Source of the DNA: Chlamydiae bacterium RIFCSPLOWO2_12_FULL_45_20
Lineage (GTDB): Bacteria > Chlamydiota > Chlamydiia > Chlamydiales > SM23-39
Length of the DNA: 64,000 nucleotides
Assembly (NCBI GenBank): GCA_001796285.1
Contig: MGMD01000010.1
Coordinates: 65,415 to 129,414, forward strand
Reading direction: 5' to 3'
Shown here: positions 49,589-59,968 of the stretch, piece by piece
Position numbering within the stretch: position 1 is the stretch's first letter
How the letters are laid out: each line of letters starts with the position of its first letter
Notes under the pieces: generated by a model
Databases searched by the model: none
Seen by the model: only the letters and a program-made list of their open reading frames with translations
What the model was told of the DNA's origin: nothing
Program-made: the position numbers and the translations under genes

Positions 49589-52500
49589 CCTCCTCTTCCC
49601 CGCTATCCCCTTCTCAAACAACGCAACCCCAGGGCTTTGGCGCTGTCGAGCAGCCCATTGCAGAATCACGTTCCGTATATGTGCCCCTTAATGTGCACTC
49701 CCAATACTCGATCCTTAACTCGACTGCCAGTGTTTCTCTTTTAGCCAAAACAGCAAAGCGCTTCAAAATGCCAGCTATTGCCATTACTGATGATGGCAAT
49801 CTCTACGGAGTGGTGGACTTTTATAAAGCTTGTAGGTCTCAGGGAGTCAAGCCGATTATCGGCTGTGAAATGTGGATGGCTCCTAGCTCGCGTTTCGAAA
49901 AAAAACGAACGCCAGGGCTTTCGAATGGAATGCCCATTGTGCTCTTAGCGAAAGATTATGTGGGCTTTCAACATCTCTCCAGGCTGTCGTCTATTGGTTT
50001 TTTAGAGGGGTTTTATTACCAGCCGCGTATTGATAAGGAAGTGTTAACAGCGCATCAAGAAGGGCTTATTTGTCTTCTATCAGACATTACAGATGTAGAG
50101 TGGTATCACCAGCTCTTTGGCGAGGATTTTTACCTGGACATTCGCAGGCATCCCCTAAGCCGAGATGAAATTCAGGAGAGTTGGCTCGCTCAAAAGTATC
50201 GTGATGCATGGGAAACCCAAGAAAAGAAGAACCAAGAGCTGATCCGTCTATCTAAGACATTGGGAATTGAGTTGGTGGCCACCAACAAGATTCACTACAT
50301 CGAACGAGAAGATTGGCGCGCACATGAGATCCTTTTAAACATCCAATCTGGAGAGCCTTGCGAAATTTGGGAAAGAGACTCCCAGGGCAATCCAAAAAAT
50401 AAAGCAGCGAATCCAAAGCGCGAGACGATGTCTACGCGAGAACTGTATTTCAAGTCGCCTGAGGAAATGGCAGATCTTTTTCAAGACCTCCCTCAGGCTC
50501 TCGAAAATACTTTGAAAGTGGCGGCAAAATGTAATGCTGAACTCGATTTTAAGACCAAGCATTATCCTATCTTTATCCCTCCTGGGTTGGATGAAAAAAA
50601 AGCTACAAAAAAAGAACGGTTAAAAGTAGCAGAACAGTTTTTATACGATCTTTGTGTGAAGGGTATTCAGGAGCGCTATACCCCGGAGAGGCTTGCCAAA
50701 GTGCCGGGAGATAACCCGCTGGACATCGTTAGGAAGCGCTTTGAGTATGAATTTAATATTCTCACATCGAAGGGAATGTGCGATTATATGCTCATCGTTT
50801 ACGACTTCATTTCCTGGGCCAAGGCCAGGGGAATTCCCGTAGGGCCAGGAAGAGGTTCTGCGGCAGGTTCGATTATATCCTACTTGATGGGAATTACGGA
50901 TATCGAACCGCTGCGCTTTCACCTTTTCTTTGAGAGATTTATCAATCCAGAAAGGATTTCCTACCCCGATATTGACGTCGACATCTGTATGGACAGGCGC
51001 CAAGAGGTGATTCATTATGTCGTTGCGAAGTATGGCAAGGAAAAGGTCGCCCAAATCATTACCTTTGGCACGATGAAGGCAAAGATGGCGATTCGGGATG
51101 TAGGCAGGGTATTGAATGTTCCGCTTTCCAAGGTGAACAAAATAGCTGCCCTAGTTCCAGAAGATCCTACGATGACGTTAGAGAAGGCGTTTAAGATTGA
51201 CCCAGAGCTTGCACGTCTCATGGAAACGGATGAAGAAGCGAAAGCTGTTTTGGAAATGGCTCAAAAGACGGAAGGTTCGATTCGCAACACAAGTACTCAT
51301 GCAGCAGGTCTCATTATCTCAGCCAGTGCGATTATGGAGCATATCCCCGTTTGTACCGCAAAAGACTCCGATATGGTTGTTACGCAATATGCGATGAAGC
51401 CGGTAGAGAGTGTGGGGATGCTAAAAATCGACTTTTTAGGGCTTAAAACACTCACGTCGATTCAAAAATGCGCTAATGCGGTAGAAAAAAGCACGATGCA
51501 AAAGATCGACTGGGGCAATTTGCCTTTGGATGATCAGCCCACCTTCGACCTTTTAAACCAGGGCAAGACGCTAGGGGTATTTCAGCTAGAATCTAGCGGG
51601 ATGCAGGATCTGTCTAAGCAGCTCCATATTGACGTATTTGAAGAAGTAATCGCCGTCGGAGCCTTATATCGACCGGGACCCATGGACATGATCCCCTCGT
51701 TTATCAACCGCAAGCACGGAAAAGAAAAGATCGAGATAGACCATCCTCTAATGAAAGAGATCTTATCTGAGACTTACGGGGTCATGGTCTATCAGGAACA
51801 AGTGATGCAGATTGCTAGCAATTTAGCAGGCTATTCCTTGGGCGAAGGGGATGTTTTGCGGCGTGCGATGGGAAAAAAAGATCGAGAAGAAATGAATCGG
51901 CAAAAAGAAAAATTTGTCAGTGGTTGTGAAAACAAGGGGATCTCTCCAGGTACAGCTGTGCTGATCTTCGAGAAGATCGAAAAATTTGCCTCTTACGGCT
52001 TTAATAAATCCCATGCGGCGGCCTATGCCTATCTTTCCTATGCGACCGCTTATTTTAAAGCTAACTATCCGAAGGAGTGGATGGCTGCTTTGATGACCTC
52101 AGATCAGCATGATACGACAAAACTGGCCAAATTTATCGCTGAGGCTAAGTCCTTGAACATTCGTGTTCTTCCCCCAGATATCAACCAGGCTTCCAGAGAG
52201 TTTGCCGCTTCGAAAGATGGCATCCGCTTTGCAATGGCAGGGATTAAGGGCATGGGGATTGGCGGCGTGGATGCAATCTTAGAGGAGAGGGAAAAAAATG
52301 GACCGTATCAGAACCTGTTTGAGTTTATTCAGCGGGTTGACAAAACGCGGGTGGGGAAAAAACACATCGAACTGCTAATCGATGCAGGAGCCTTGGACTT
52401 TACGAACGGGTCTCGCGATGCGATGCGAGAAAGCGTAGAGGAGATGTATGAAAGGGCGTTACAAGAGCAAAAAGAAAAGGCCATGGGGGTTTTGAATCTC

Positions 52501-53325
52501 TTTACGTTCATCGAAACACCGGAAGTGGCAGCCTTGACAAATCCACTCAAAGTAGTTAGTCCTTCAACCAAATTGCAACTCTATCAGAGAGAAAAAGAGC
52601 TTTTGGGCTTCTATTTAACAGGGCATCCCATGGATGGGTATAAAAAAGTTCTGGGTCGACTTTCTTGTGTTCCATTAACCGAAGTGGGAAGGCTCGAGGA
52701 TGGGAGTGTATTTAGAGCCGCTTTTGTCGTAGAAACAGCGACTGTGAAAGTGTCGGCCAAAAATCAAAAGAAATTTGCGATTCTCATCATTAGCGATGGG
52801 ATAGAGCGTTTTGAGCTGCCTGTATGGTCTGAATTATTTGAGGAAAAAGGGGCTTTACTCAATGAGAATCAGCTCCTTTATGGAATTTTACAGCTGGAAA
52901 AAAAAGAAGGGGCGAGTCAGCTTTCATGCCGCTATTTAGACGATCTTGTAAGCATTGACGAGGAAAGGATCAAGCTTTGCGACGATGCATTGGAAAAGAT
53001 CAGACAGCAAGTCAAAGCTAAGACTGGCTTCGATAACAAGCGGAAGGCCAAGCAAGAAAAGGAGGGCAAGGTAGAAAAAGAAAACATCTCTAAACTTTCC
53101 ATAGAAGTAGACGCTGATCGGGTACGCTTCAGTCAAATCCTTCAACTCAAGGAGCTTTTCCGTTCTTATCCAGGTAAATCAACGCTAGAGATGCATTTTC
53201 GTGTCGGTAGCAAGCGGCTCGGCACTGTTTTTGTGGACTCTCAATGGGGCGTCAATGCAAACTCAGAATTTCAGAAAAAACTGGCTGAGCTGATAGCGAC
53301 CTTTGGTTCGATTTTCTTATCCTGA
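49585..53325 (+). CDS. dnaE: DNA polymerase III alpha subunit
   Basis: PHP domain, GPGRGSAAGS, PDIDVD, KIDFLGL, FNKSH. Confidence 0.97.
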   Translation: MTSSSPLSPSQTTQPQGFGAVEQPIAESRSVYVPLNVHSQYSILNSTASVSLLAKTAKRFKMPAIAITDDGNLYGVVDFYKACRSQGVKPIIGCEMWMAPSSRFEKKRTPGLSNGMPIVLLAKDYVGFQHLSRLSSIGFLEGFYYQPRIDKEVLTAHQEGLICLLSDITDVEWYHQLFGEDFYLDIRRHPLSRDEIQESWLAQKYRDAWETQEKKNQELIRLSKTLGIELVATNKIHYIEREDWRAHEILLNIQSGEPCEIWERDSQGNPKNKAANPKRETMSTRELYFKSPEEMADLFQDLPQALENTLKVAAKCNAELDFKTKHYPIFIPPGLDEKKATKKERLKVAEQFLYDLCVKGIQERYTPERLAKVPGDNPLDIVRKRFEYEFNILTSKGMCDYMLIVYDFISWAKARGIPVGPGRGSAAGSIISYLMGITDIEPLRFHLFFERFINPERISYPDIDVDICMDRRQEVIHYVVAKYGKEKVAQIITFGTMKAKMAIRDVGRVLNVPLSKVNKIAALVPEDPTMTLEKAFKIDPELARLMETDEEAKAVLEMAQKTEGSIRNTSTHAAGLIISASAIMEHIPVCTAKDSDMVVTQYAMKPVESVGMLKIDFLGLKTLTSIQKCANAVEKSTMQKIDWGNLPLDDQPTFDLLNQGKTLGVFQLESSGMQDLSKQLHIDVFEEVIAVGALYRPGPMDMIPSFINRKHGKEKIEIDHPLMKEILSETYGVMVYQEQVMQIASNLAGYSLGEGDVLRRAMGKKDREEMNRQKEKFVSGCENKGISPGTAVLIFEKIEKFASYGFNKSHAAAYAYLSYATAYFKANYPKEWMAALMTSDQHDTTKLAKFIAEAKSLNIRVLPPDINQASREFAASKDGIRFAMAGIKGMGIGGVDAILEEREKNGPYQNLFEFIQRVDKTRVGKKHIELLIDAGALDFTNGSRDAMRESVEEMYERALQEQKEKAMGVLNLFTFIETPEVAALTNPLKVVSPSTKLQLYQREKELLGFYLTGHPMDGYKKVLGRLSCVPLTEVGRLEDGSVFRAAFVVETATVKVSAKNQKKFAILIISDGIERFELPVWSELFEEKGALLNENQLLYGILQLEKKEGASQLSCRYLDDLVSIDEERIKLCDDALEKIRQQVKAKTGFDNKRKAKQEKEGKVEKENISKLSIEVDADRVRFSQILQLKELFRSYPGKSTLEMHFRVGSKRLGTVFVDSQWGVNANSEFQKKLAELIATFGSIFLS

Positions 53326-53342
53326 ATGGAGATGCAAAAGAG

Positions 53343-53371
53343 TTGACACCAAATCTGGAATGTTCTAACGT
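53343..53371 (+). promoter_or_regulatory. putative sigma66 promoter of the bamD operon
   Basis: TTGACA-17 nt-TAACGT. Confidence 0.5.
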
Positions 53372-53377
53372 ACTCCC

Positions 53378-54304
53378 ATGAAAATGTTTCTCTGGGTTCT
53401 GTTTTTTGGTTTTTCCTCACTAACGGCTTTGGATGAGCATGAGCTAGAGTGGAAAGAGGGACCTTCGGTGCAGGAATATAATAGTGCTCTTCAACAGGCG
53501 CTGAATGCCGGCAATTGGTGGGCAGTCATTGATTATGCAAATTTGATCTCTTATAATTATGCGACTACCGCTTTTGCTAAGGAAGCCTCTTATTTTATGG
53601 GAGAGGCTTACTTTAAGCTGGGCTATTACGAAGCTGCCAATGAGTCTTTTTCCGCTTATTTGAACCATGTTGTCTCTCCCAAACATTTCGAGGAAGCCAT
53701 AGAATACAAATACAGCATTGCGGAAGCTTATGCTAACGGCAAGAATAAGAGGTTGTTCGGCTCCATTAAAATGCCTGCCTGGGTGCCAGCCAAGGAAGAC
53801 TCGATCGAAATTTTTGATGAAGTCATTGCCGTCTCCCCCCATTCTGATTTAGCCATCCGGTCCTTACTTTATAAGGCGCGTATACAGACCTACCTGGAGG
53901 ATTTTAAACCAAGCATAGAGACTCTGGATGTGTTAATTAGAAGATTCCCGAAGCACGAATTAGCGGCTGAGGCTTATTTAGAAAAAAGCAAGGTCTACTT
54001 GCTTCAGTGTCAGGCGCAGAACTTAGACCCTGAAATTTTAGACTTAAGTTTGCTGAATTTGCGGAAATTTCGCCTAGCTTTCCCAAGAGAGCCGAGGCTT
54101 GAGGAAGCTGAAAAAATTTATCGAGATATGCAAGAGATTTTTGGTGGAAGTCTCTATGAAACGGGGTATTTTTTTGAGCGGACCAAAAAAATTCCAGCCT
54201 CGATTCTCTACTACCATAAGGTGATTGCCAAGTATCCCGACACGGAGGCTGCCCATGTTTCCAGGAAAAAGCTCGAGACTCTCGAGTCTTCTCCTCAGCT
54301 GTAG
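53378..54304 (+). CDS. bamD: outer membrane assembly factor BamD-like TPR protein
   Basis: signal peptide, TPR repeats, C-terminal YYHKVIAKYPDT. Confidence 0.75.
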   Translation: MKMFLWVLFFGFSSLTALDEHELEWKEGPSVQEYNSALQQALNAGNWWAVIDYANLISYNYATTAFAKEASYFMGEAYFKLGYYEAANESFSAYLNHVVSPKHFEEAIEYKYSIAEAYANGKNKRLFGSIKMPAWVPAKEDSIEIFDEVIAVSPHSDLAIRSLLYKARIQTYLEDFKPSIETLDVLIRRFPKHELAAEAYLEKSKVYLLQCQAQNLDPEILDLSLLNLRKFRLAFPREPRLEEAEKIYRDMQEIFGGSLYETGYFFERTKKIPASILYYHKVIAKYPDTEAAHVSRKKLETLESSPQL

Positions 54305-54917
54305 CCTTCTTAGCTCCTGCGGATATCAGTGGACTTTCGAGCACCCAGATTCTATTGTTCCAACAGTTAGCGTGCCCTTTATCCTTGGCGATGAAGAGGG
54401 GTTCTTAACCTCTGCAATCATTGAGCAGTTAAGTGTAGGGGGGCTTGTTGATGTCGTTTCTTCGGGAGGTGACTATGTACTGCAAGTGGCCATTGTCGCT
54501 TGCAATATAGAAAAGATCGGATTTCGCATTGACCCGCAAGAAGTGGAGGGCAAGGTGCGGAACAACTTACTCGCAACGGAAGGACGGAAGAGCTTAAGCG
54601 TTAAAGCAGGTCTTTATAGGTCGGGAGAGTTGGTGCATGGCCCTTACACCCTTACCGCTGAGGCTGATTACGATTACGTGGATGGGGACTCGATTCGGGA
54701 TCTGACTTTTGTAAATCCTGAGGGGATAACAGTGACTGTGCTGCCATTTTCCTTGGGGCAGCTAGAACCCATTAATTCTGCGGAAAGTTCGGCTCAAACC
54801 CCTTTATATCGGCAAATTGCGAAGAAAATTGTGGATGCGCTATCTTCAAGCTTGTGGAACAAAGAGTCTTTAGCGCTGAGATCAGCTCGATTCGACGGAT
54901 GCAAGAGTGGGTCCTAG
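54255..54917 (+). CDS. lptE: LptE-like lipoprotein
   Basis: lipobox LSSCGY; SD GGAGG; position between bamD and rsbW. Confidence 0.65.
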   Translation: MFPGKSSRLSSLLLSCSLLSSCGYQWTFEHPDSIVPTVSVPFILGDEEGFLTSAIIEQLSVGGLVDVVSSGGDYVLQVAIVACNIEKIGFRIDPQEVEGKVRNNLLATEGRKSLSVKAGLYRSGELVHGPYTLTAEADYDYVDGDSIRDLTFVNPEGITVTVLPFSLGQLEPINSAESSAQTPLYRQIAKKIVDALSSSLWNKESLALRSARFDGCKSGS

Positions 54918-55267
54918 ATTGTGTTAAGGGAGTCGGATTTAGAAAAAATGAGCTGAATCATATTGAGCTGGCTATAGAAGAGGCAGTCGTAAACATCATA
55001 ACCCACAGCTTTTGCAATCAAAAAGGAGAAGTGGAGATAGGCGTACAACAGCTCCCGTATGGGGTGGAAATTCGCCTTCTGGATCGAGGACCTCCTTTTA
55101 ACCCGTTACATCGCAAAGAATTAGACCTCGCCTTACCATTGGATCAAAGAGAAGTGGGTGGATTGGGGATTCACTTTATCAAAAAATGCATGGATGAGGT
55201 CCGCTATGAGAGATCGGATAGCAACCTGTTAATTTTGGTCAAGCGCGTCTCTAGACCTCTTGCATAA
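54854..55267 (+). CDS. rsbW: anti-sigma factor Ser kinase RsbW
   Basis: LAIEEAVVNIITH, DRGPPFNP, GGLGIHFI. Confidence 0.88.
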   Translation: MEQRVFSAEISSIRRMQEWVLDCVKGVGFRKNELNHIELAIEEAVVNIITHSFCNQKGEVEIGVQQLPYGVEIRLLDRGPPFNPLHRKELDLALPLDQREVGGLGIHFIKKCMDEVRYERSDSNLLILVKRVSRPLA

Positions 55268-55283
55268 TATAGAGGCCTTCTAT
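55252..55283. repeat. short TA-flanked palindromic element overlapping the rsbW stop
   Basis: TAGACCTCTTGCATAATATAGAGGCC; shares 14 nt with 46154-46167. Confidence 0.6.
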
Positions 55284-55711
55284 CCATTTTTCTCATACAG
55301 GGTAAGAGTCTCTTCCGTCTCCAACATATCGACGAGCACATGTTGCAGTACCTTGAGCACGTAGCGAGGGCTGTTATAAACCCCTCGTGTTGAGAAGATC
55401 ACCTCTAACTGAGCTTTTTCTGGGTGATTGAGGGCGATGAGAACATAGGTCATGGGTTGGTCTGATTCTACTTTGGGGATGATCCAAACGATGAACTGCT
55501 CATTGAATAGGGTGACTTTTTCAACACTCTCAATGACATGGAAGTATTGGGTTAGATCGTCAGGTTCCCCATTCTCTTCTGAAAGAGAAGATAGAAGGCC
55601 ATGTCCATGGAGATAAGAGAGGTCGATCGGGGTGATGCCATCGTGAGCGCAGCTTGGGAGATTATTGACAAACTCTTTATAGGCTTCCTCGATCTGAATT
55701 GGGTTCAGCAT
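55280..55711 (-). CDS. Chlamydiae-conserved hypothetical protein
   Basis: FHVIESVEKVTLFNEQFIVWIIP, GVYNSPRYVL; position between rsbW and dac. Confidence 0.7.
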   Translation of the reverse strand: MLNPIQIEEAYKEFVNNLPSCAHDGITPIDLSYLHGHGLLSSLSEENGEPDDLTQYFHVIESVEKVTLFNEQFIVWIIPKVESDQPMTYVLIALNHPEKAQLEVIFSTRGVYNSPRYVLKVLQHVLVDMLETEETLTLYEKNG

Positions 55712-55827
55712 GCTCTACCTCCGTTTGCCCCGCTCCCTATGTTCAGGTTAGACAAAAAATATTAGTTTGTCAAGTATGACATTATTTCTTGGGATTGGTA
55801 CAATTGTAAGCGCAGCTTCGGTATATT

Positions 55828-56997
55828 TTGAGAGCGATCTTTTTCTTTTTCGTTTTTTGCCTTTATGGGAAATCCCTTGAATTAGAAGTGGGCGCAGCGT
55901 CTGCCATTTTAATGAATGCAGATACGGGGGCTCTACTGTTTGAAAAGCATGCCCATGTGCCTAGTTATCCAGCCAGTATCACAAAAATCGGGACGACTCT
56001 TTACATCTTAGATCAAGAAGTTCAGCTAGATCAGGTATGTGTCGTCTCTACTGAATCTTTAAAGAGAAGGCCTTCAACAGATTGGGAAAAGTATCCTCCT
56101 TACTGGCTAGATAAGGATGGGACTACAATGGGGCTGAAGATTGGCGAGGCCTTAACCGTAGAGGCTCTTCTTCACGGCTTGCTGATGGTCTCAGGTAACG
56201 ATGCGGCTAATGTTCTTGCAGAAAATATAGGAAGCGGGTCAGTGCCGCAATTCATAGAGAGGGTGAATGAATATTTACGCAAGATCGGTTGTAAAAACAC
56301 ACAGTTTAGCAATCCACATGGGTTGACCCATCCTGATCATTGGACGACTGCTTATGATGTCGCGCTCATGACGCGCCGAGCTCTGCAGATTCCCACATTC
56401 AGAACGATTATTGGAACTGTGACTTTTTGTCCGCCTCAGACGAACAAACAGCCGGAAAGAGAGTTGGTTACGACAAACCCCTTTGTCAAGCCGGGTAGTC
56501 GATACTACTATCCTAAAGCAATCGGGGGCAAAACGGGTTATACCGCAGCGGCGCAACACACCTGCGTGACGATAGCAGAGCATGAAGGAAGGGCTCTTAT
56601 TGCAGTGGTCTTGGGATGTAAAGATCGGTTGATGCGCTATGAGGATACGAAAAAACTTTTGGATACTGCCTTTGCAGAAGAAAAAGTCAGTAGACGCTTA
56701 ATGGGCCCTGAAACGACTTTAAAAAAGAGGGTGCTAGGTGCTAAGTCAGAGGTAAAGGTGAGTTTGGTGAAGCCACTTTCTATCGCATACTTCCCTTCTG
56801 AAGAGCCAAAATGTAAAGCAGTTTTACATTGGAATATCAGCGAGCTTCCGATTCGAAAGGGGCAGAAGGTTGGAGAGGTGCACATCCTTACCGATGATGG
56901 AAGGTTTTTAGAAAAGGGGGACTTGATTGCTCGAGAGGAAGTCAAGGGAAGGCTATTTTTTACATTGCGAAAGTGGTTGTTCAATCTCTTTAAATAG
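55828..56997 (+). CDS. dacC: D-Ala-D-Ala carboxypeptidase (S11)
   Basis: PASITK, SGNDAA, FSNPHGL, GKTG. Confidence 0.9.
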   Translation: MRAIFFFFVFCLYGKSLELEVGAASAILMNADTGALLFEKHAHVPSYPASITKIGTTLYILDQEVQLDQVCVVSTESLKRRPSTDWEKYPPYWLDKDGTTMGLKIGEALTVEALLHGLLMVSGNDAANVLAENIGSGSVPQFIERVNEYLRKIGCKNTQFSNPHGLTHPDHWTTAYDVALMTRRALQIPTFRTIIGTVTFCPPQTNKQPERELVTTNPFVKPGSRYYYPKAIGGKTGYTAAAQHTCVTIAEHEGRALIAVVLGCKDRLMRYEDTKKLLDTAFAEEKVSRRLMGPETTLKKRVLGAKSEVKVSLVKPLSIAYFPSEEPKCKAVLHWNISELPIRKGQKVGEVHILTDDGRFLEKGDLIAREEVKGRLFFTLRKWLFNLFK

Positions 56998-57780
56998 GAA
57001 CATCCATTCAGAGAAAGTAAGCTCTTCCGGCCTGGCGTCAGTTCTTTTTCCGATTTTTAGCAGGGCTTGCCGTGTGGTCTCTTTTTCAATAGGGAGAGTG
57101 CTCGTGAGCATTTTTCTTCTTTTCTGAAAAGATCGGCGGATCAGTTGGAAAAAGCCAGGGATGTCGACCTCTCGAGGGAGAATGCTATCCTGTCGAATTA
57201 CCATGGACTCCACGGTAGGCCGAGGGTAAAAGCAAGCGGGCGGTACAATAAATGAATTTTGATAAGAGGCATAGAATTGGACAAAAAGGGAAAGAGGCCC
57301 AAAATTTTTTCCCTTTTCAGCTCTCATTCGATCTCCCACCTCTTTTTGCACCATGATGATGAGGCTTGAAAATGGGTGGGAAAAAATTTTTTCCAGAATA
57401 GGTGTTGTGATATGGTATGGGAGGTTGGCTACAATTTTAGGCCTCTTTGGCAAGCAAAGGGAAGGAACCTTTAAAAAATCGCCTTCGATTACTTGGAGGT
57501 TTCCATTTTGAAAACGGTGTAACTCTTTTGCAAAAGTGTGATCGATTTCAACTGCACAAACCTGCGCTCCCTTATCCAAAAGCGCGGCTGTTAAGGCCCC
57601 GGGCCCTGACCCAATTTCCAGAATGGATTCCCCAGGAGTGATCTCCGCGGTCTCGATTATTTTTCTAATAATATTCGAGTCGATGAGAAAATTTTGAGAC
57701 AAGCTCTTTTTAGGGTGGGTCTGAATGCGCTTTAAAAACGCAGCGAGTTCACTTGGTCTCATGAAATTCCTTTCCTCCAA
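56953..57780 (-). CDS. rsmA: 16S rRNA dimethyladenosine transferase
   Basis: SQNFL, EIGSGPG, ANLPYHI, MVQKE. Confidence 0.95.
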   Translation of the reverse strand: MEERNFMRPSELAAFLKRIQTHPKKSLSQNFLIDSNIIRKIIETAEITPGESILEIGSGPGALTAALLDKGAQVCAVEIDHTFAKELHRFQNGNLQVIEGDFLKVPSLCLPKRPKIVANLPYHITTPILEKIFSHPFSSLIIMVQKEVGDRMRAEKGKNFGPLSLFVQFYASYQNSFIVPPACFYPRPTVESMVIRQDSILPREVDIPGFFQLIRRSFQKRRKMLTSTLPIEKETTRQALLKIGKRTDARPEELTFSEWMFLFKEIEQPLSQCKK

Positions 57781-57794
57781 TTGCCAAAGGGTAT

Positions 57795-58814
57795 TTATTG
57801 CAAGGAAAAGGGATGCAGATTTTCTAGACTAGGAAGAATGGTCTCATACCCATAATGTTTGCGCAACTTCGTAATATAGGCTTGCGATTCTTCCATGGAA
57901 GCTTTTTGAACGAGTTCATCACGCAGTTGGCTTGCCACTTGGTGAAACGAAGGGGCTGGCACATCTGTTTTAGTTTCGAGATAGAAAATGCGATGAACCA
58001 TTTGATTGTCTCTACGGCTTAATTGAGCCACTGGGGCGCTGTAGGAGCCGGGACTTAAGGTTTCGATGGATTTTTTATGGATCTCTGAGAGGTCTTGAGT
58101 TTTAGCTGTATATGGATTGGATATGGAGATTGTCATTCCGGGACGCTCCAGGTTTTTCAGCTCCGTTTGTAAGAGATCAGGCGATTTTCCAGAAAGCAGC
58201 AGGAGCTGATGCGTTTGTTGGGCTGCTTCTTCCCCATCTACATCGATCCGAATGGAGACGACACGATAGGTCCATTCAGTATAAGAGGGGTGTTCTTTCT
58301 GGTAGAGGTAGTAGGCGTGTTTGATATCTTGAGGGGTGATTGTCATTTGGGCTTTTTGATGAACAAACCACCACATCATTCGTTGGACGATCATCTCATT
58401 TTTAATCATATCCCACGCTTCAGAGCGGGTGAGTCCAATGGCATCAAGGGTATGGGTGACATTGGGTCCGAAACGCTCCTCTAAGGCTTCTCTGACTTCA
58501 CCGTCTGTAACCTTAATCTCTTTATCGGCAGCATCTGCGATGATTAGTTCCTGATCGATCATCTCTTTTAAAACATGCTTCCAGCTGGCCTCATAAAACT
58601 GGCAGCGAGCCAAACTAGAGTGTTCTATTTGAGGATAATTTTGGTGGAACGTCACATCCATTTTTTTTTTGATATCTATCATGGAGATGATCTTGCCGTT
58701 AACTTGAGTTAGGATGGAGTTTTGGATGGCAAGTTTTTTATCTTGCTGAAAGTCAGTGAGGGGTTCCGCAGAAAGAGTCGATAGAGTCAAAAGAAAGATC
58801 GCTAGCTTTTTCAT
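57795..58814 (-). CDS. SurA-like periplasmic chaperone
   Basis: signal peptide MKKLAIFLLTLSTLSA; SurA N-domain pattern (VNGKII, MIDQELI); upstream of rsmA. Confidence 0.6.
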   Translation of the reverse strand: MKKLAIFLLTLSTLSAEPLTDFQQDKKLAIQNSILTQVNGKIISMIDIKKKMDVTFHQNYPQIEHSSLARCQFYEASWKHVLKEMIDQELIIADAADKEIKVTDGEVREALEERFGPNVTHTLDAIGLTRSEAWDMIKNEMIVQRMMWWFVHQKAQMTITPQDIKHAYYLYQKEHPSYTEWTYRVVSIRIDVDGEEAAQQTHQLLLLSGKSPDLLQTELKNLERPGMTISISNPYTAKTQDLSEIHKKSIETLSPGSYSAPVAQLSRRDNQMVHRIFYLETKTDVPAPSFHQVASQLRDELVQKASMEESQAYITKLRKHYGYETILPSLENLHPFSLQ

Positions 58815-58821
58815 AACGTGT

Positions 58822-59934
58822 TCATGATACCAAAGTTTGTTTTTTGAATACAGCGGCAAAAAATCCGTCATGCCTGCCATATTCTGGGAGAAGGGATAAA
58901 GGCTTTTCTTCTAGTTGTAGTGGGAAGGTTTTTAAAAAATATTCGACTTGCTCTTCATTTTCCTCTTTGAGAAGACTGCATGTCGCATAGACGAATTTAC
59001 CGCCCTCCTTTAAGAAGGCGACGGCTTCTTTGACAATGGCTCTTTGCTCTACGACAAGCCTCTCGAGAGTTGCTCTGTCGAGCTTCCATTTTGCGTCGGG
59101 GTTTCTTCTCAGTGTGCCAGTGCCAGTGCAAGGAACGTCGGCGAGAAGCCAATCGACTTTTTTTCTGGGTAAGACAAACTGTACATTTTGAAGCCCCGCT
59201 CTTTTCATTCGTTTTCGCGCCTCTTGGAGAATCCAGGGGCGAATGTCATGAAGGTAGACTTGTCCTTTCCCTTGCATTAGTGGAGCGATGGCTAGAGCTT
59301 TGCCTCCAGAGCCACTACAATAGTCTAGAAAATGGTCGCCCGGTTGCACGCGAACAAGCTCTGCTACCAGTTGGCTCCCTTCATCTTGCATTTCAAAAAG
59401 ACCCGCTTTGAATTCGGGAAGGCTGAACAGAGGTTCCCTTTTTTTAAATTGGATGCCCATTGGAGCTATTTTACAAGGAAACACGCCCAAAGAACTTAAG
59501 GTAGTTAGCAGGCTGTCTCTTGTGGTCTTAGCGCTATTGGCTCGGATGGTGATAGGCGCTTCAGAGTTGAGGATGAAAGAGAGCGTTCGAGTGCGTTCTT
59601 TCCCAAACTGGGATGTTAGTTGATTGTAGAGAAATTCATTAAGGCCTAGTCGATGGGGTTCTGGAATGGCTGGATCGTTGCAACAGTTTTCTAAAGAAAT
59701 TTTTTGAAAACACCTCAGCACGTGGGCGGGTTCTGAAGAAGAGGCGAGATAGATAAACAGGCTTTTATAGCGAACCAACCGAAAAAGGGTATCTGCGATT
59801 TTTTTGCGATCATGCGACCCAATGCTTTTATGGGAGCGAAAATACTCGTTTAATAAAAGATCCAAAGGCTTTTTTTGCTGAAATAGCTCTTTTAGCAGGA
59901 TACAAATGTGGTAGTCGCAAAAAGGAATTCTCAT
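58822..59934 (-). CDS. RsmB/NOP family RNA m5C methyltransferase
   Basis: QDEGSQ, DYCSGSGGK, DVPCTGTG, YATCS. Confidence 0.88.
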   Translation of the reverse strand: MRIPFCDYHICILLKELFQQKKPLDLLLNEYFRSHKSIGSHDRKKIADTLFRLVRYKSLFIYLASSSEPAHVLRCFQKISLENCCNDPAIPEPHRLGLNEFLYNQLTSQFGKERTRTLSFILNSEAPITIRANSAKTTRDSLLTTLSSLGVFPCKIAPMGIQFKKREPLFSLPEFKAGLFEMQDEGSQLVAELVRVQPGDHFLDYCSGSGGKALAIAPLMQGKGQVYLHDIRPWILQEARKRMKRAGLQNVQFVLPRKKVDWLLADVPCTGTGTLRRNPDAKWKLDRATLERLVVEQRAIVKEAVAFLKEGGKFVYATCSLLKEENEEQVEYFLKTFPLQLEEKPLSLLPEYGRHDGFFAAVFKKQTLVS

Positions 59935-59968
59935 ATAGGATAGAAGTTTACCCTGGAATGGGTTTTTT

